In this document: positions 18,284 through 28,686 of the stretch, in pieces | How the letters are laid out: each line of letters starts with the position of its first letter | Numbering within the stretch: the stretch's first letter is position 1 | Assembly: GCA_017517705.1 (NCBI GenBank) | Contig: JAFWYM010000024.1 | Span: forward strand, 9,800-73,799 | Length of the DNA: 64,000 nucleotides | Origin: Alistipes sp. | Lineage (GTDB): Bacteria > Bacteroidota > Bacteroidia > Bacteroidales > Rikenellaceae | Direction of reading: 5' to 3' | Program-made: the position numbers and the translations under genes | Notes under the pieces: generated by a model | Told to the model about the DNA's origin: nothing | What the model saw: only the letters and a program-made list of their open reading frames with translations | Databases searched by the model: none

Positions 18284-18317
18284 GAGTGCTATCCCTTTAG
18301 GATAGCACTCCTTTTTT
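18284..18317 (+). terminator. Intrinsic terminator of the TlpA-barrel-Omp28 operon
   Basis: 11-bp stem GAGTGCTATCC / GGATAGCACTC followed by CTTTTTT. Confidence 0.85.
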
Positions 18318-18366
18318 ATATATCGCGACTACAACATTGTGTAATCGTGACAGAAACATTACAATC

Positions 18367-18763
18367 AGTTCCTTCGACTGCGCTTGCGCTCCGCTCAGGA
18401 TGACATGGTGAGGACTACCATGTTTTCGTAATGTCATTCTGAACGAAGTGAAGAATCTGGAAGCGACGATGGAACAAAGAGGCAAAGTGTCCTCGCGGGC
18501 AGATCCTTCGACTCCGCTAACGCTCCGCTCAGGATGACAAGAGGGGGGGCGCTCAGGATAACATGGGGGGCTCCGCTCAGGATGACATGGCGAGGGCTAC
18601 CATGTTTTCGAAATGTCATTCTGAACGAAGTGAAGAATCTGGAAGAGACAATGGAACAAAGAGGCAAAGTCTCCTCGCGGGCAGATCCTTCGACTCCGCT
18701 AACGCTCCGCTCTGGATGACAGGGGGGGCTCAGGATGACAAAGGGGGACTCCGCTCAGGATGA
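18367..18763. repeat. REP/BIME-like palindromic cluster 1 with a 182-bp tandem duplication
   Basis: Arms TGTCATTCTGAACGAAGTGAAGAATCT (ATGTCATT at 18431 and 18613, period 182) and AGATCCTTCGACTCCGCTAACGCTCCGCTCAGGATGACA, plus several GCTCAGGATGACA half-copies. Confidence 0.85.
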
Positions 18764-18942
18764 AAAAGCGCACTATAGGAACTCACGGTAAACCGTAGCT
18801 CCTATCACCTCCCAAACATCGAGGGTATTAAGATAGGGTATTGACGCGAAAAATGGCGTCGAGAGATAGATTGCTCACTAACACAGCAACCTCTTATGCA
18901 AAGCTGCGAGGGACACGCCGCAGAGGCTCCAAACTAAACAAT

Positions 18943-19947
18943 TTAGAGCTCGAAAGATGACTTCTCAGGAAACATCCCCCTCAAAAACGCAACCATACGG
19001 TCACGATCGACATCCGAAGAGTACTCGCTATCGTTCATACAGAACATCAGGGGGTTATACTTCTCGAACTCCTTCTTATAGTCGGGGCTCACAAGCTTGA
19101 TCCAACGCGAGTCGGCAGCATAGTGTCCACTCATAAGTGCCTTGACAAGGTCCCCGGGCGTATTGATGCGATTGTAACGCCCCACCTTGCGAAGCTCAGC
19201 CTGACCCGTGGCTACGACATAGTAGCTCACAAAGCAGCGCTGCATATCCTTATTGTTACGAAAGCGGCGATACGACGTACGCTCCCACGCATCCTTCATC
19301 TGTGCCACACAGTACTCGTAGTCGCTCTTACGATAAGCATCGAAGTTATGGTGTGGAGCATGGCATATAAGCTTACCCCACTTCTCATTCACGAGCTTCT
19401 GCATGTGGAAGAGCACACGCGCATAGTTGCCTCCCGTGCGTGCGCGGCGACGATTCATACGAGCACCCATAAGTCGCACAATGGGCGAGCCGTCGGGCTT
19501 GAAGAAAACGTCCGGTGTGGTGGGCGCACCAAAGAAAGTGTCGTCGTTGCCGAAGATGAAGTGCTCGGCGAGACCCGGAATCTTATATATGCAGCTCTCG
19601 ATGGCGTGCGACGAGAATACGGGCAAGGCCTCAGCAGGGAGGATGTCCTTATGGTCGACGATGCTAATCTTGGGATGGTTGAGATTCAACCACTTGGGGT
19701 GTTGCGAGTCGGTGATAATGTAGATATGGTTGACCCATGGAGCATACTTCTCCACAGAGCGTAACGAGAAGAGCAACTCATCGTTATCTCTCCAGCGCGA
19801 CTCACTGCAGCTCTGCGGTGAAGGCCCACTCTTGGGTCTGGCCGGCATATAACGATCGCGCTTCTCTCTCCACTCCGGATCACTACCATCTACCCACGCA
19901 TATACGAGGTCGATGGGAAAATCTATACGCTCGTCGGTCTCTACCAT
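18943..19947 (-). CDS. Stealth-family hexose-1-phosphate transferase (capsular polysaccharide phosphotransferase-like)
   Basis: CR1 IDLVYAWVDGSDPEW; CR2 RWRDNDELLFSLRSVEKYAPWVNHIYIIT; FSSHAIES, FGNDD, CMND. Confidence 0.9.
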   Translation of the reverse strand: MVETDERIDFPIDLVYAWVDGSDPEWREKRDRYMPARPKSGPSPQSCSESRWRDNDELLFSLRSVEKYAPWVNHIYIITDSQHPKWLNLNHPKISIVDHKDILPAEALPVFSSHAIESCIYKIPGLAEHFIFGNDDTFFGAPTTPDVFFKPDGSPIVRLMGARMNRRRARTGGNYARVLFHMQKLVNEKWGKLICHAPHHNFDAYRKSDYEYCVAQMKDAWERTSYRRFRNNKDMQRCFVSYYVVATGQAELRKVGRYNRINTPGDLVKALMSGHYAADSRWIKLVSPDYKKEFEKYNPLMFCMNDSEYSSDVDRDRMVAFLRGMFPEKSSFEL

Positions 19948-20051
19948 ACAATAAATTTAGGTCATAAGCCCTACATCTTCAAGGCTCAAGGCAGCATACT
20001 TTACCATCATAAACAGCCCCGAGGTACCCTAAGGACATAGCTTTACCGATA

Positions 20052-20059
20052 CAAAGATA
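20052..20059 (-). promoter_or_regulatory. Bacteroidetes -7 element (Stealth gene)
   Basis: Reverse complement TATCTTTG. Confidence 0.6.
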
Positions 20060-20147
20060 ACAAATTTTTCCTCTTTACAACAAAACCATATAAAATTTTG
20101 CCCCAACATACCACTTGCTGGCATCGTTCACACCCCGCAAAGAGCAC

Positions 20148-22538
20148 TTAGAAGGGGTAGCCCACACCAAAGTTCAGAGCCATATTATTCCACTTGAAGT
20201 TGTGTATCCATCGCTTACCCTCGGGCATACCCGGGTTATGAAGCTGGATGCCGAGATCGAAGCGTAGGATGACATAGGTGACATCGAGACGCAGGCCAAC
20301 ACCCGCATCGAAGCCCAACTGCCGATAGAAGTTATCGAAGTGAAAGACCTCCTCGGGGTTGCTATCTTCCGTATCGCGGAGATACCACACATTACCCGCA
20401 TCTAAAAAGATCGCTCCGTTGAATATCCACCATATAGGGAAGCGGTACTCGAGGTTGGCCTCAAGACGCACATCACCCACCTGCGCAGGGTATGAGGCAT
20501 CATTCACCTCAGGCTTGTTACCCGGGCCCAGCGTACGAGGCACCCAGCCACGCATAGAGTTGGCACCACCGCAGTAGAACATACGGTCGAAGGGGATAGA
20601 GTGGCCACGCGAGTTACCATACGTGACACCCACACCCGCGAATAGTCTGCCCGCAAGAGCCATATTGTGCCCCAGGTCGATCTTATGGCTGGCACTAAGA
20701 TCTGCACGCACATATTGCGAGTAGCGCACACCGAGAATCTCGTAGTAGTCCTTACCGGGTGCCGGGCGCGAGAAGAGGTGCTCGAGACCGTGAATAAGGT
20801 TACCCGAGGTCTCGACATTAGCACGCACGACGGTGACATTCTGGTCGAAGTCCGAGCGCTGCGTATTATAGATGAACGACGCGGAGAGTCCTGCGTTGAG
20901 CTGCGGCTCGAACGACGTACGCAGATATTTGTTGTCGATATCGGCAATAAACTGCGGGTCTACCTCCTTGACGTCGATCCAGTTAATATCGATGGGGCGC
21001 AAAACAAACGATGAACGCTCACCCTGCTGCCAGCTATAGGCCCAACGCGTGGTGAAGATGTTGCGACGATAGTAGGGACGATTCTGATAGTCGAAGGCGA
21101 GCTCGAGGCGCGTGCGAGGCTGTGCTATGTGCATGCTCGGGGTAATGTTAAAGGGGGCAAGGAAGTTGGGGAACGACAGTCCTGCGGTGATGTTAAACTC
21201 CTGAGCACTACGCTTCTTAACATCACGGGCATACATAAACTCGAAACCAAAGCGCGCAGCGATATCGAAGGCCTCGGCACCACGAAAGACATTCTTGTTG
21301 GAGTAACCGAGCGTGGCACTGAGACCATAGAACGTACTTGTCGACGAGGCCTCAACCTCAACCTTAATGGCCTGCTTAAGCACCGGCGTGCAGTATATGT
21401 TACAATCGATGTAGCCCTCGCGTATGCTTATGAGCTCATTGCCATTATCACCACCGAGGTAGGTGACATAGTTATCCTCAAGCCCCTCCACACGCGAGAA
21501 GTCTATCTTCGTATTACGGAAGGCTCCGAGCGACATAAGCTCCTTATTCGTGTACGACATCTGCTCGGCGCTATACAGGTAGTTGGGATACAACGGTATC
21601 ACACGACGAAGCACAGCGTCGCGCAAACGGAACGTGGAGTTGAGGTCGCGGATGATGGAGAGACCATAGTACTCCGTGGTGTCGATAACAGCATCTGCCT
21701 TGAAGCCGCGCGTAGAACGCAACATGGGGTCGTAGGTGGGATAGACATTGATGTTGCGCAGGCGGTAGACGGCATTATCCTCCCACACCTGCTGGCCACG
21801 CTCGTTGATAGCCACAAGCGTAGGACGTATTATCATCTTCACATCGGCAGAGGTCTTATGACCCAGGGTATCCACGCTGTACGATATGTTGTTTACCGTG
21901 AAATCCAAGTATCCCTGGTTATTGAGGTTGGCAGCAATGCGGTTACGCTCGGCATCCAGACGCGAGATATCGAGGACATCGCCCCTATGTAAGAGTGTAG
22001 CTGCCGTGTCTGCAAGGACAATCGAGCGCAGCGACTCATCGCGGAAGTCGTAACCGAGAGTATCGATTCGCGTAGGCGCACCCTGACGTAGTATGTAGGT
22101 GAGCTCGGCACGACGCTTACGGCGCGTAGTATCCACCTTGCACTCCACGTTCGAGGAGAAGTATCCGCGTGTGTGCATATATGTCTGTAGGTTCTGCAAC
22201 GACTTTTCGGTGAGCACCGAGTCGAGCAACACGGGCTCCTCGCCCACCTTGCGCTTGAAGTTATTCCACCAGTTAGTCTTATTGGGGTTGGCCCTCGCGT
22301 AGATCCATACATAGAAGTCCATACCCAAGATGCGCTTATTGGGCGACTGACGCACGTATGTCTCCAAGTCGTCGCGGTCGTCCGTGATACGCTCCTCGCG
22401 CGGCGTAGACCTATCCTCCTCGAAGGTTACCTTCGACAGCAGATAGCTACCCTCAGGTAGCAAGCGCGTGACGTTACAGGCAGTAGCCACAACCACCGCA
22501 ACAACAATCACAACATATCGTACTACCCTATGCCACAT
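20148..22538 (-). CDS. Omp85/BamA-TamA family lipoprotein (TamL-like)
   Basis: Lipobox ATAC, POTRA-like N-terminus, FYCGGANSMRGW, RLEANLEYRFPI, FLDAGNVW, terminal NFGVGYPF. Confidence 0.88.
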   Translation of the reverse strand: MWHRVVRYVVIVVAVVVATACNVTRLLPEGSYLLSKVTFEEDRSTPREERITDDRDDLETYVRQSPNKRILGMDFYVWIYARANPNKTNWWNNFKRKVGEEPVLLDSVLTEKSLQNLQTYMHTRGYFSSNVECKVDTTRRKRRAELTYILRQGAPTRIDTLGYDFRDESLRSIVLADTAATLLHRGDVLDISRLDAERNRIAANLNNQGYLDFTVNNISYSVDTLGHKTSADVKMIIRPTLVAINERGQQVWEDNAVYRLRNINVYPTYDPMLRSTRGFKADAVIDTTEYYGLSIIRDLNSTFRLRDAVLRRVIPLYPNYLYSAEQMSYTNKELMSLGAFRNTKIDFSRVEGLEDNYVTYLGGDNGNELISIREGYIDCNIYCTPVLKQAIKVEVEASSTSTFYGLSATLGYSNKNVFRGAEAFDIAARFGFEFMYARDVKKRSAQEFNITAGLSFPNFLAPFNITPSMHIAQPRTRLELAFDYQNRPYYRRNIFTTRWAYSWQQGERSSFVLRPIDINWIDVKEVDPQFIADIDNKYLRTSFEPQLNAGLSASFIYNTQRSDFDQNVTVVRANVETSGNLIHGLEHLFSRPAPGKDYYEILGVRYSQYVRADLSASHKIDLGHNMALAGRLFAGVGVTYGNSRGHSIPFDRMFYCGGANSMRGWVPRTLGPGNKPEVNDASYPAQVGDVRLEANLEYRFPIWWIFNGAIFLDAGNVWYLRDTEDSNPEEVFHFDNFYRQLGFDAGVGLRLDVTYVILRFDLGIQLHNPGMPEGKRWIHNFKWNNMALNFGVGYPF

Positions 22539-22542
22539 ACCT

Positions 22543-23481
22543 CTATCCCTGGATGCTACGCACGAAGGCGAGCCATAGCTCCGCCTCGCCCGTATGATTC
22601 AATACGTCGTAACTCAACCTGCCATCCTCAAATTCTGCGTTGCCATACCACTCGTACGTGGCATTGCCCTCCAAGCTCGTGACAATAGAGGGCTGCAGGC
22701 GTGTGGTGCAGTACACCCTGCCACCACGGTTCGTTACCTCCATACGCGACGCCTCGGGGACGATGCCCAGGAGCGTTGCTGCCGTAGCCGAGGCCGTCAT
22801 CGCCGTGCCACATGAGAGCGTTATGCCCGCACCACGCTCGTACGTAGCGACAAAGATGCCGCCATCCCTACGCTCGTAGAGCGAGACGTTAACACCGTGA
22901 GGGAACAACTCCCTGGCACCCTTGACGCGCTCGCCAAGCTCCGCGAGCAGAGCGAGATCTATGCTTTCGACCGCAGCGACAATATGAGGATTACCCAAGT
23001 TCAATGCCGTGAAGCGCAACGACGGGTGTAAACCGTGAATCACGTGCCCTAAGAAGCTCTCCTCGGCGCCAAAGAAGGCAAAATCGTCGCTATAGGTGCG
23101 TATCGGAATATCTACCTTGAAGGAGGGGATGCCAGGAGCAATATCCCGGGCACGCTCGATGGCATAGTCGCGGCCTCCCGAGCGAAGGATGCCCGACTGA
23201 AGGTAACCACGCTCATAGGCTAAGCGTGCCACACAGCGTATGCCATTGCCACACATCTCAGCATGCGTACCATCGGGATTGAGCATATCCATACCATAGA
23301 CACCATCGTCGTCGCGCACAACAAGGAGGATGCCATCGCTGCCAATGCCCGACGTTCTATCCGAGGCTGCACGCGCAAATGCCGACCAGTCGACACGACG
23401 CAACGCCTCACTACGTGTGGTATCCACCATAATGAAGTCGTTACCCGAGCCGTGACACTTGATTATCTCCATAGCCTGCAT
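22543..23481 (-). CDS. dapF: Diaminopimelate epimerase
   Basis: KCHGSGNDF, GIGSDG, AEMCGNG, GNPH, GVNV, YERGAGITLSCGTA. Confidence 0.96.
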   Translation of the reverse strand: MQAMEIIKCHGSGNDFIMVDTTRSEALRRVDWSAFARAASDRTSGIGSDGILLVVRDDDGVYGMDMLNPDGTHAEMCGNGIRCVARLAYERGYLQSGILRSGGRDYAIERARDIAPGIPSFKVDIPIRTYSDDFAFFGAEESFLGHVIHGLHPSLRFTALNLGNPHIVAAVESIDLALLAELGERVKGARELFPHGVNVSLYERRDGGIFVATYERGAGITLSCGTAMTASATAATLLGIVPEASRMEVTNRGGRVYCTTRLQPSIVTSLEGNATYEWYGNAEFEDGRLSYDVLNHTGEAELWLAFVRSIQG

Positions 23482-23626
23482 CTTATTGTATATATTCGGT
23501 CAAAGTTACAAATAATTTTCACGTCGTCAAAATTACACTCCCTGAAAGTGCAATTTTTATGTCAGCAGGTTGCATATATCTCATTTTTTTCGTAACATTG
23601 TAACACGAACAATAAAACAACAGGCT

Positions 23627-24421
23627 ATGATCGAGAAGTTTATTATGGCAGGCGACACGCCTATGCACGTTGCCGACACGGAGCGTGGCGACAGATGCGT
23701 GGTATTACTACACGGATACTTGGAATCGATGTTGGTGTGGGATGAGTTTGTGCCACTGCTGCGCGACAGCGTGCGTGTTGTCACGCTCGACCTTCCCGGT
23801 CACGGCATCTCGGTCGTTAAGGATGAAGTACACACAATGGAGTATCTTGCTGACTGCGTGGCTAATACGATGGAGGTTCTCGGCATCGAGCGCTATACGG
23901 TTGTAGGACACTCGATGGGTGGATATGTAGCCTTGGCTATGTGCGACAACTATAGCGATAGGCTCGAGGGCATCGTGCTCCTAAGCTCGCTGACGATGGC
24001 CGATAGCACCGAGAAGTGCGACCGTCGCCGTCGCGAGATAGAACTTGTAAAGGCGGGAAAGAAGAGCACCATGGCGCGCCTTGTGCCGCACGCGGGATTC
24101 GCACCCGCAAACGTAGCACGCCTGAAGGATCATATCGAAGATCTAGCCGAGCTGATACTCATAACCGAGGATGAGGGCGTTATCGCCATCCTTGGCGGAA
24201 TGATCGAGCGTAAGAGCCGCGGTGAGCAGCTACGCCAAAGTGGCATACCTCACATGTTCATCTTCGGACGCCACGACTACTACATACCCCAAGAGCAGGC
24301 TGACGAGATGATCGAGGCCGACCCCGAGGCACGCATCGTGTGGCTCGAACATTCGGGACACATGGGCTTCATCGAGGAGCCCGAGTTATGCGCCAGCGCT
24401 ATTCTTGAATTTGTGGGTTAG
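23627..24421 (+). CDS. Alpha/beta-fold hydrolase
   Basis: VLLHGY, LDLPGHG, nucleophile elbow GHSMGG, C-terminal [11 protein letters not shown] 23627 chosen over the ORF-track start at 23570. Confidence 0.9.
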   Translation: MIEKFIMAGDTPMHVADTERGDRCVVLLHGYLESMLVWDEFVPLLRDSVRVVTLDLPGHGISVVKDEVHTMEYLADCVANTMEVLGIERYTVVGHSMGGYVALAMCDNYSDRLEGIVLLSSLTMADSTEKCDRRRREIELVKAGKKSTMARLVPHAGFAPANVARLKDHIEDLAELILITEDEGVIAILGGMIERKSRGEQLRQSGIPHMFIFGRHDYYIPQEQADEMIEADPEARIVWLEHSGHMGFIEEPELCASAILEFVG

Positions 24422-25636
24422 CGAGTGACTCGAGGGTGCCTGGTAGAGACGCACATCGAAGAGGGGCGCAAGGGCGATGATATGCGATATAACTTCGGTC
24501 TGTAGATGCTCGTAGGGCACCCAGTTGACATCCGACGAGAAGAAGTACAACTCCATGGGGAGTCCCCACTCCGTAGGCTGGAGCTGGCGTACCATAACCA
24601 TCATACCGTGGTGAACACGTGGATGAGTATTGAGATACTCCGTGATAGCACGCATATATAGATCGAGATTGGTGAGCACACCACCCTCAGCGCTCTGCAT
24701 CGACATACGCTCGACAAGTGGCGCCAGCGACCTCTCGTTTCGCAACCTCTCAACAAACTCCTCCGAGGCGAAGTGTACACTCGTCATATCGACATTCAAC
24801 GAGCGCTTAACACGACGACCTCCGGCATCACGCATAGCCTGCCAGTTGTCAAAGGGCTCGCTAATAAGCAGATAGGGAGGTATTGTGAGTAGCGTATTAT
24901 CCCAGCAGCGTATCTTTATCGTCGTGAGCGACACCTCGACAACCGTGCCATCAACACCACGGCTCGGCATCTCTATCCAGTCGCCCACCTTGAGCATATC
25001 GTTGGCCGCGAGCTGTATGCCGGCAACAAGGCCAAGGAGCGTATCCTTGAAGATGAACGATATAACGGCAGCCGAAGCACCAAGACCCGTAAGAAGACCT
25101 GCGGGTGAGATATTCAGGATGATGGCGATAACAAGGATGATGCCTATCAACGCCAGGAGCACTTGGACAATCTGCAACAGACCCTTGATAGGCTTACCGT
25201 GCCATGCAGGGCGATTAACGATGAGCTTAAACGTAGCCTCAAAGAAGGTACTTATAAAGCGCAGACTGGTGATAACGATAGCTATCTGAACCACACGCAC
25301 CAGTAATGTCGTAATCCACGTCGCCTTAATACCAAGTGCCGAGATAGCCAACGGAAGCATCATACTCAACACCACGGGTGTGATTATGTCACACAGATGC
25401 TTCATAACCTTCTGGTCGAAGAGTACATTGTCCCATGATGCCTTAGTACGCAATGTTACCCAATGTACACCGCGCATAACGCCCCAACGAAAGAGGATGT
25501 TGATGAGCAGAATCAACACCAAGACATAGATAAGCACTATAAATCCATCGAGCTTATCGGCCACATCTACGGCGAGACCCCAGCTCACAAGACGCTCGTT
25601 TATCCATTGGTTGACGGTGTGATCAAAGATGTTCAT
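24386..25636 (-). CDS. Small-conductance mechanosensitive channel (MscS family, YbdG-like)
   Basis: [67 protein letters not shown]. Confidence 0.92.
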   Translation of the reverse strand: MNIFDHTVNQWINERLVSWGLAVDVADKLDGFIVLIYVLVLILLINILFRWGVMRGVHWVTLRTKASWDNVLFDQKVMKHLCDIITPVVLSMMLPLAISALGIKATWITTLLVRVVQIAIVITSLRFISTFFEATFKLIVNRPAWHGKPIKGLLQIVQVLLALIGIILVIAIILNISPAGLLTGLGASAAVISFIFKDTLLGLVAGIQLAANDMLKVGDWIEMPSRGVDGTVVEVSLTTIKIRCWDNTLLTIPPYLLISEPFDNWQAMRDAGGRRVKRSLNVDMTSVHFASEEFVERLRNERSLAPLVERMSMQSAEGGVLTNLDLYMRAITEYLNTHPRVHHGMMVMVRQLQPTEWGLPMELYFFSSDVNWVPYEHLQTEVISHIIALAPLFDVRLYQAPSSHSLTHKFKNSAGA

Positions 25637-25650
25637 CGTCGAGAGTTGTG

Positions 25651-26277
25651 TTAAAAGTTAATGCCGAAGCCCACAAACACCATCTGATTGAATGCCTTGC
25701 GGTTAACATCCTTGGGTGCATAGCCAAAGGGCTCCTTGATGACAGGGCGCGGGTTCATCATCAGTGCGTTGTAGCCCAGCGTGATGTCGTACTTCATATC
25801 GCCACCGGGGGCCTGCAGACGGTAGCCTATACCTCCCGAGAAGGTAGTGCCGAAGCGTAGGCCCTTATCGAAGAGAACATTGGTACCCATATTCACGAAG
25901 TTAAACAGACAGTTCTTACGCTTGCCATAGAAGTAGTGCGCCGTGACAGCGATGGGCACCGTAGTATAGTTATACTGTATCTGTGCTCCAGCCTCGAAGC
26001 CCACACGCCAATGGTTGTTTATGAGGTAGCCACCCGTGAGCATCACGTTACCACCCATCTTCGCCTGGCTCTTATAGGCACGCATGGGCTTCTCACCCAC
26101 GATACGCATATAGTCGAGCTCGTAGAACACAAGACCCAGACGTCCCGTGGCACCCCACTCCCATCCCGAGTAGTGTCGCGTCTTTCGCTCTATCTCCTCG
26201 GGGGTCTCACGGCGCTTAGCCTCGGCCGTGGGTATTGTCATAAGTGCTAAAAGCACAAGCAGCATTAATCTCTTCAT
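25651..26277 (-). CDS. Hypothetical small outer-membrane beta-barrel protein
   Basis: Signal peptide (AEA-K), amphipathic Gly/aromatic strands, terminal VFVGFGINF. Confidence 0.65.
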   Translation of the reverse strand: MKRLMLLVLLALMTIPTAEAKRRETPEEIERKTRHYSGWEWGATGRLGLVFYELDYMRIVGEKPMRAYKSQAKMGGNVMLTGGYLINNHWRVGFEAGAQIQYNYTTVPIAVTAHYFYGKRKNCLFNFVNMGTNVLFDKGLRFGTTFSGGIGYRLQAPGGDMKYDITLGYNALMMNPRPVIKEPFGYAPKDVNRKAFNQMVFVGFGINF

Positions 26278-26326
26278 ATCGATATGTTCTATATACTCTT
26301 AAACGTCTATGCGATGTGCTTATTGT

Positions 26327-27349
26327 CTACAAGCCACGCACAGCCCTCTCCCACGCCCACGCAGCCTTGAGCGTATCTTCGAGTTTGCGCTCCGCACGCC
26401 AGCCGAGCTCCTCATTGGCGCGTGTCGTATCTGCCCACACGGCCGTGACATCGCCTGCACGACGCTCTGCTACGCGGTAGTTTAGCTTAAGGTTGTTGGC
26501 ACTCTCGAAGCCCTTGACCAACTCAAACACCGACACGGGGTGTCCCGTACCTATGTTGAACACCTCGTAGCTATCCTTCGTGCGACCCTCAACCATACGG
26601 TCGATAGCCACAACGTGCGCACGTGCGAGGTCTACAATGTCGATATAGTCGCGTAGGCACGAGCCATCAGGCGTAGGATAGTCGTCGCCAAAGATGCTCA
26701 GACACTCGCGTATGCCCGCCGCCGTCTGTGTGATGTAGGGGACGAGATTGTTGGGCACGCCACGTGGCAACTCACCTATGAGCGCCGAGGGGTGTGCTCC
26801 AATAGGGTTGAAGTAACGCAATGCTATACCATTCATTGCGCCATTGGCACGCACCGTGTCGCGAAGGATATCCTCCGACATCTGCTTCGTATTGCCATAG
26901 GGCGATGTCGCAGGCTTACGCTCCGTGAGCTCCGTGACGGGGAGCACCTCGGCATCGCCATAGACGGTTGCCGACGACGAGAAGAGCACATTGCTACGGC
27001 CATACTCCTTCATAAGCTCAAGGATCGTCACAAACGACACAAGGTTGTTGTGGTAGTACTTCAGTGGCTCGGTCACAGACTCACCCACAGCCTTGAATGC
27101 CGCAAAGTGGATGACCGACTGAAAGTCGTACGTCTCAAAGACCTTACGCATAGCCCCCTTATCGCAGCAGTCGGCCTCGACGAACTTAGGCTCCACACCC
27201 GTAATCTTACGTATGCCCTCGAGCGAGGAGGCGTCACTATTGGAGAAGTTGTCCACAACGACAACATCGTAGCCCGCATTTATAAGCTCCACCGTCGTGT
27301 GCGACCCTATATAGCCAGCACCACCAGCCACAAGCACCATCTTATTCAT
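26327..27349 (-). CDS. galE: UDP-glucose 4-epimerase
   Basis: GGAGYIGSH, IHFAAFKAVGES, FSSSATVYG, YGNTK, LRYFNP, RDYIDIVDLA. Confidence 0.97.
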   Translation of the reverse strand: MNKMVLVAGGAGYIGSHTTVELINAGYDVVVVDNFSNSDASSLEGIRKITGVEPKFVEADCCDKGAMRKVFETYDFQSVIHFAAFKAVGESVTEPLKYYHNNLVSFVTILELMKEYGRSNVLFSSSATVYGDAEVLPVTELTERKPATSPYGNTKQMSEDILRDTVRANGAMNGIALRYFNPIGAHPSALIGELPRGVPNNLVPYITQTAAGIRECLSIFGDDYPTPDGSCLRDYIDIVDLARAHVVAIDRMVEGRTKDSYEVFNIGTGHPVSVFELVKGFESANNLKLNYRVAERRAGDVTAVWADTTRANEELGWRAERKLEDTLKAAWAWERAVRGL

Positions 27350-27419
27350 AGCATTTCGAATTATTCAACCCACAAAGATAATAAAACTATTAAACAAAAA
27401 GAGCGCCGAAGCACTCTTT

Positions 27420-27983
27420 TTATTTTCCGTTGTATGTATTCATCGTGCGATCGGGGCCTATCGACACAAACGACAAGACGGCGTCGCCGAAGAGTTTTAG
27501 TCTTTCGGGCATCTCCTTGAGTTCGTCAGCCGAGAAGTTGCCCAAGACATAGTCCACCTGATGGCCTCGCGGGAAGTCGCCACCGACACCGAAGCGCAAA
27601 CGCGCATACTGGTTGTCGCCAAGCATCTCGGTGATGTTTTTCAATCCGTTGTGTCCACCCTCCGAGCCATTCTTGCGCATGCGGAACGTGCCAAAAGGGA
27701 GGGCTATATCGTCCGAGATGACAAGCAGGTTTTCGCGCGGTATGCGCTCCTGCTCCATCCAGTACCTCACAGCCTTACCCGAGAGGTTCATATATGTCGA
27801 GGGCTTCAATAGGAGTACCGTGCGACCACGATGCTTGAGTGTCGCCATAGCACCATAACGCACCGTCGTAAAAGAGATATTGGATGCCTCAGCCAAGGCA
27901 TCCAACACTCTGAAACCTATGTTGTGGCGCGTTGCAGCATACTCCATTCCGATATTGCCCAACCCGACAACAAGATACTTCAT
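27420..27983 (-). CDS. pth: Peptidyl-tRNA hydrolase
   Basis: VVGLGN, TRHNIGF, KPSTYMNLSG, GGHNGLK. Confidence 0.97.
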   Translation of the reverse strand: MKYLVVGLGNIGMEYAATRHNIGFRVLDALAEASNISFTTVRYGAMATLKHRGRTVLLLKPSTYMNLSGKAVRYWMEQERIPRENLLVISDDIALPFGTFRMRKNGSEGGHNGLKNITEMLGDNQYARLRFGVGGDFPRGHQVDYVLGNFSADELKEMPERLKLFGDAVLSFVSIGPDRTMNTYNGK

Positions 27984-28032
27984 TTCGTTGTGGTTTTAGT
28001 TCGTTTCCTACGCTATCCACATAGCCCTACGA

Positions 28033-28593
28033 CTACTGAGCAGCACGTGAAGCACGTGTTACGCGAACAGCGCAAACAGCAGTAGTAGCGGGAGTTACGA
28101 ATGTGAGGTTCTCATGCTTAAGGTCGCCTACGAAGATAGTCTGACCAACCTGCAAGGGAGTAACATCAACCACGATCTCATCGGGAATGTACTCTACGAG
28201 AGCCTTAACCGTAAGCTTACGAGCTGCGAGCTGGAGCTTACCACCGATCTTAACACCCTCAGCGTTACCTGTAAGACGTACAGGAACATTAACTGCAACG
28301 GGCTTACCCTCCTGAACACGGTAGAAATCTACGTGGAGAACCTGCTCGCGTACGGGGTGATACTGAACCTCACGCATTACGGCCTTCTCGATCTTACCGT
28401 CGATGTTGAGCTCTACGATGTACGAGTTGGGAGTATAGATGAGCTGGTTGAGCTCCTTAGCGTCGATGGTGAATGTCACCTCCTCACCGCCACCGTAAAT
28501 GATGCAGGGCACCTGACCCTCGCGACGTGCTGCCTTAGCGTACTTCTTACCGAACTCCTTACGGGCAGTACCGTTAATCTGAATTGACTTCAT
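28033..28593 (-). CDS. rplY: 50S ribosomal protein L25/Ctc (long form)
   Basis: VPCIIYG, REVQYHPV, LHVDFY, VPVRLTG, GVKIGGKL; co-oriented with pth. Confidence 0.96.
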   Translation of the reverse strand: MKSIQINGTARKEFGKKYAKAARREGQVPCIIYGGGEEVTFTIDAKELNQLIYTPNSYIVELNIDGKIEKAVMREVQYHPVREQVLHVDFYRVQEGKPVAVNVPVRLTGNAEGVKIGGKLQLAARKLTVKALVEYIPDEIVVDVTPLQVGQTIFVGDLKHENLTFVTPATTAVCAVRVTRASRAAQ

Positions 28594-28622
28594 AAATGTA
28601 TAAATATTAATAGTTTAACTTC

Positions 28623-28686
28623 GATGCCACTCAGCGGCGATAGTCAGTCGCAACCCCATAGGCATCTGCTTTGGACGGCAAAGATA
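28623..28686 (-). promoter_or_regulatory. rplY promoter (-7 element at 28679-28686) and structured 5' leader
   Basis: Reverse complement TATCTTTG; leader stems GAUGCC/GGCAUC and GCGA/UCGC enclose an internal loop. Confidence 0.5.

Noticed and set aside
18367-18763. Possible CRISPR array, or real ORFs (18297-18485, 18434-18667, 18534-18719, 18563-18763)
   Set aside because: The ORFs are translations of palindromic repeats (HVILSGA-type peptides) on both strands, and the unit is duplicated whole rather than as repeat plus unique spacer.
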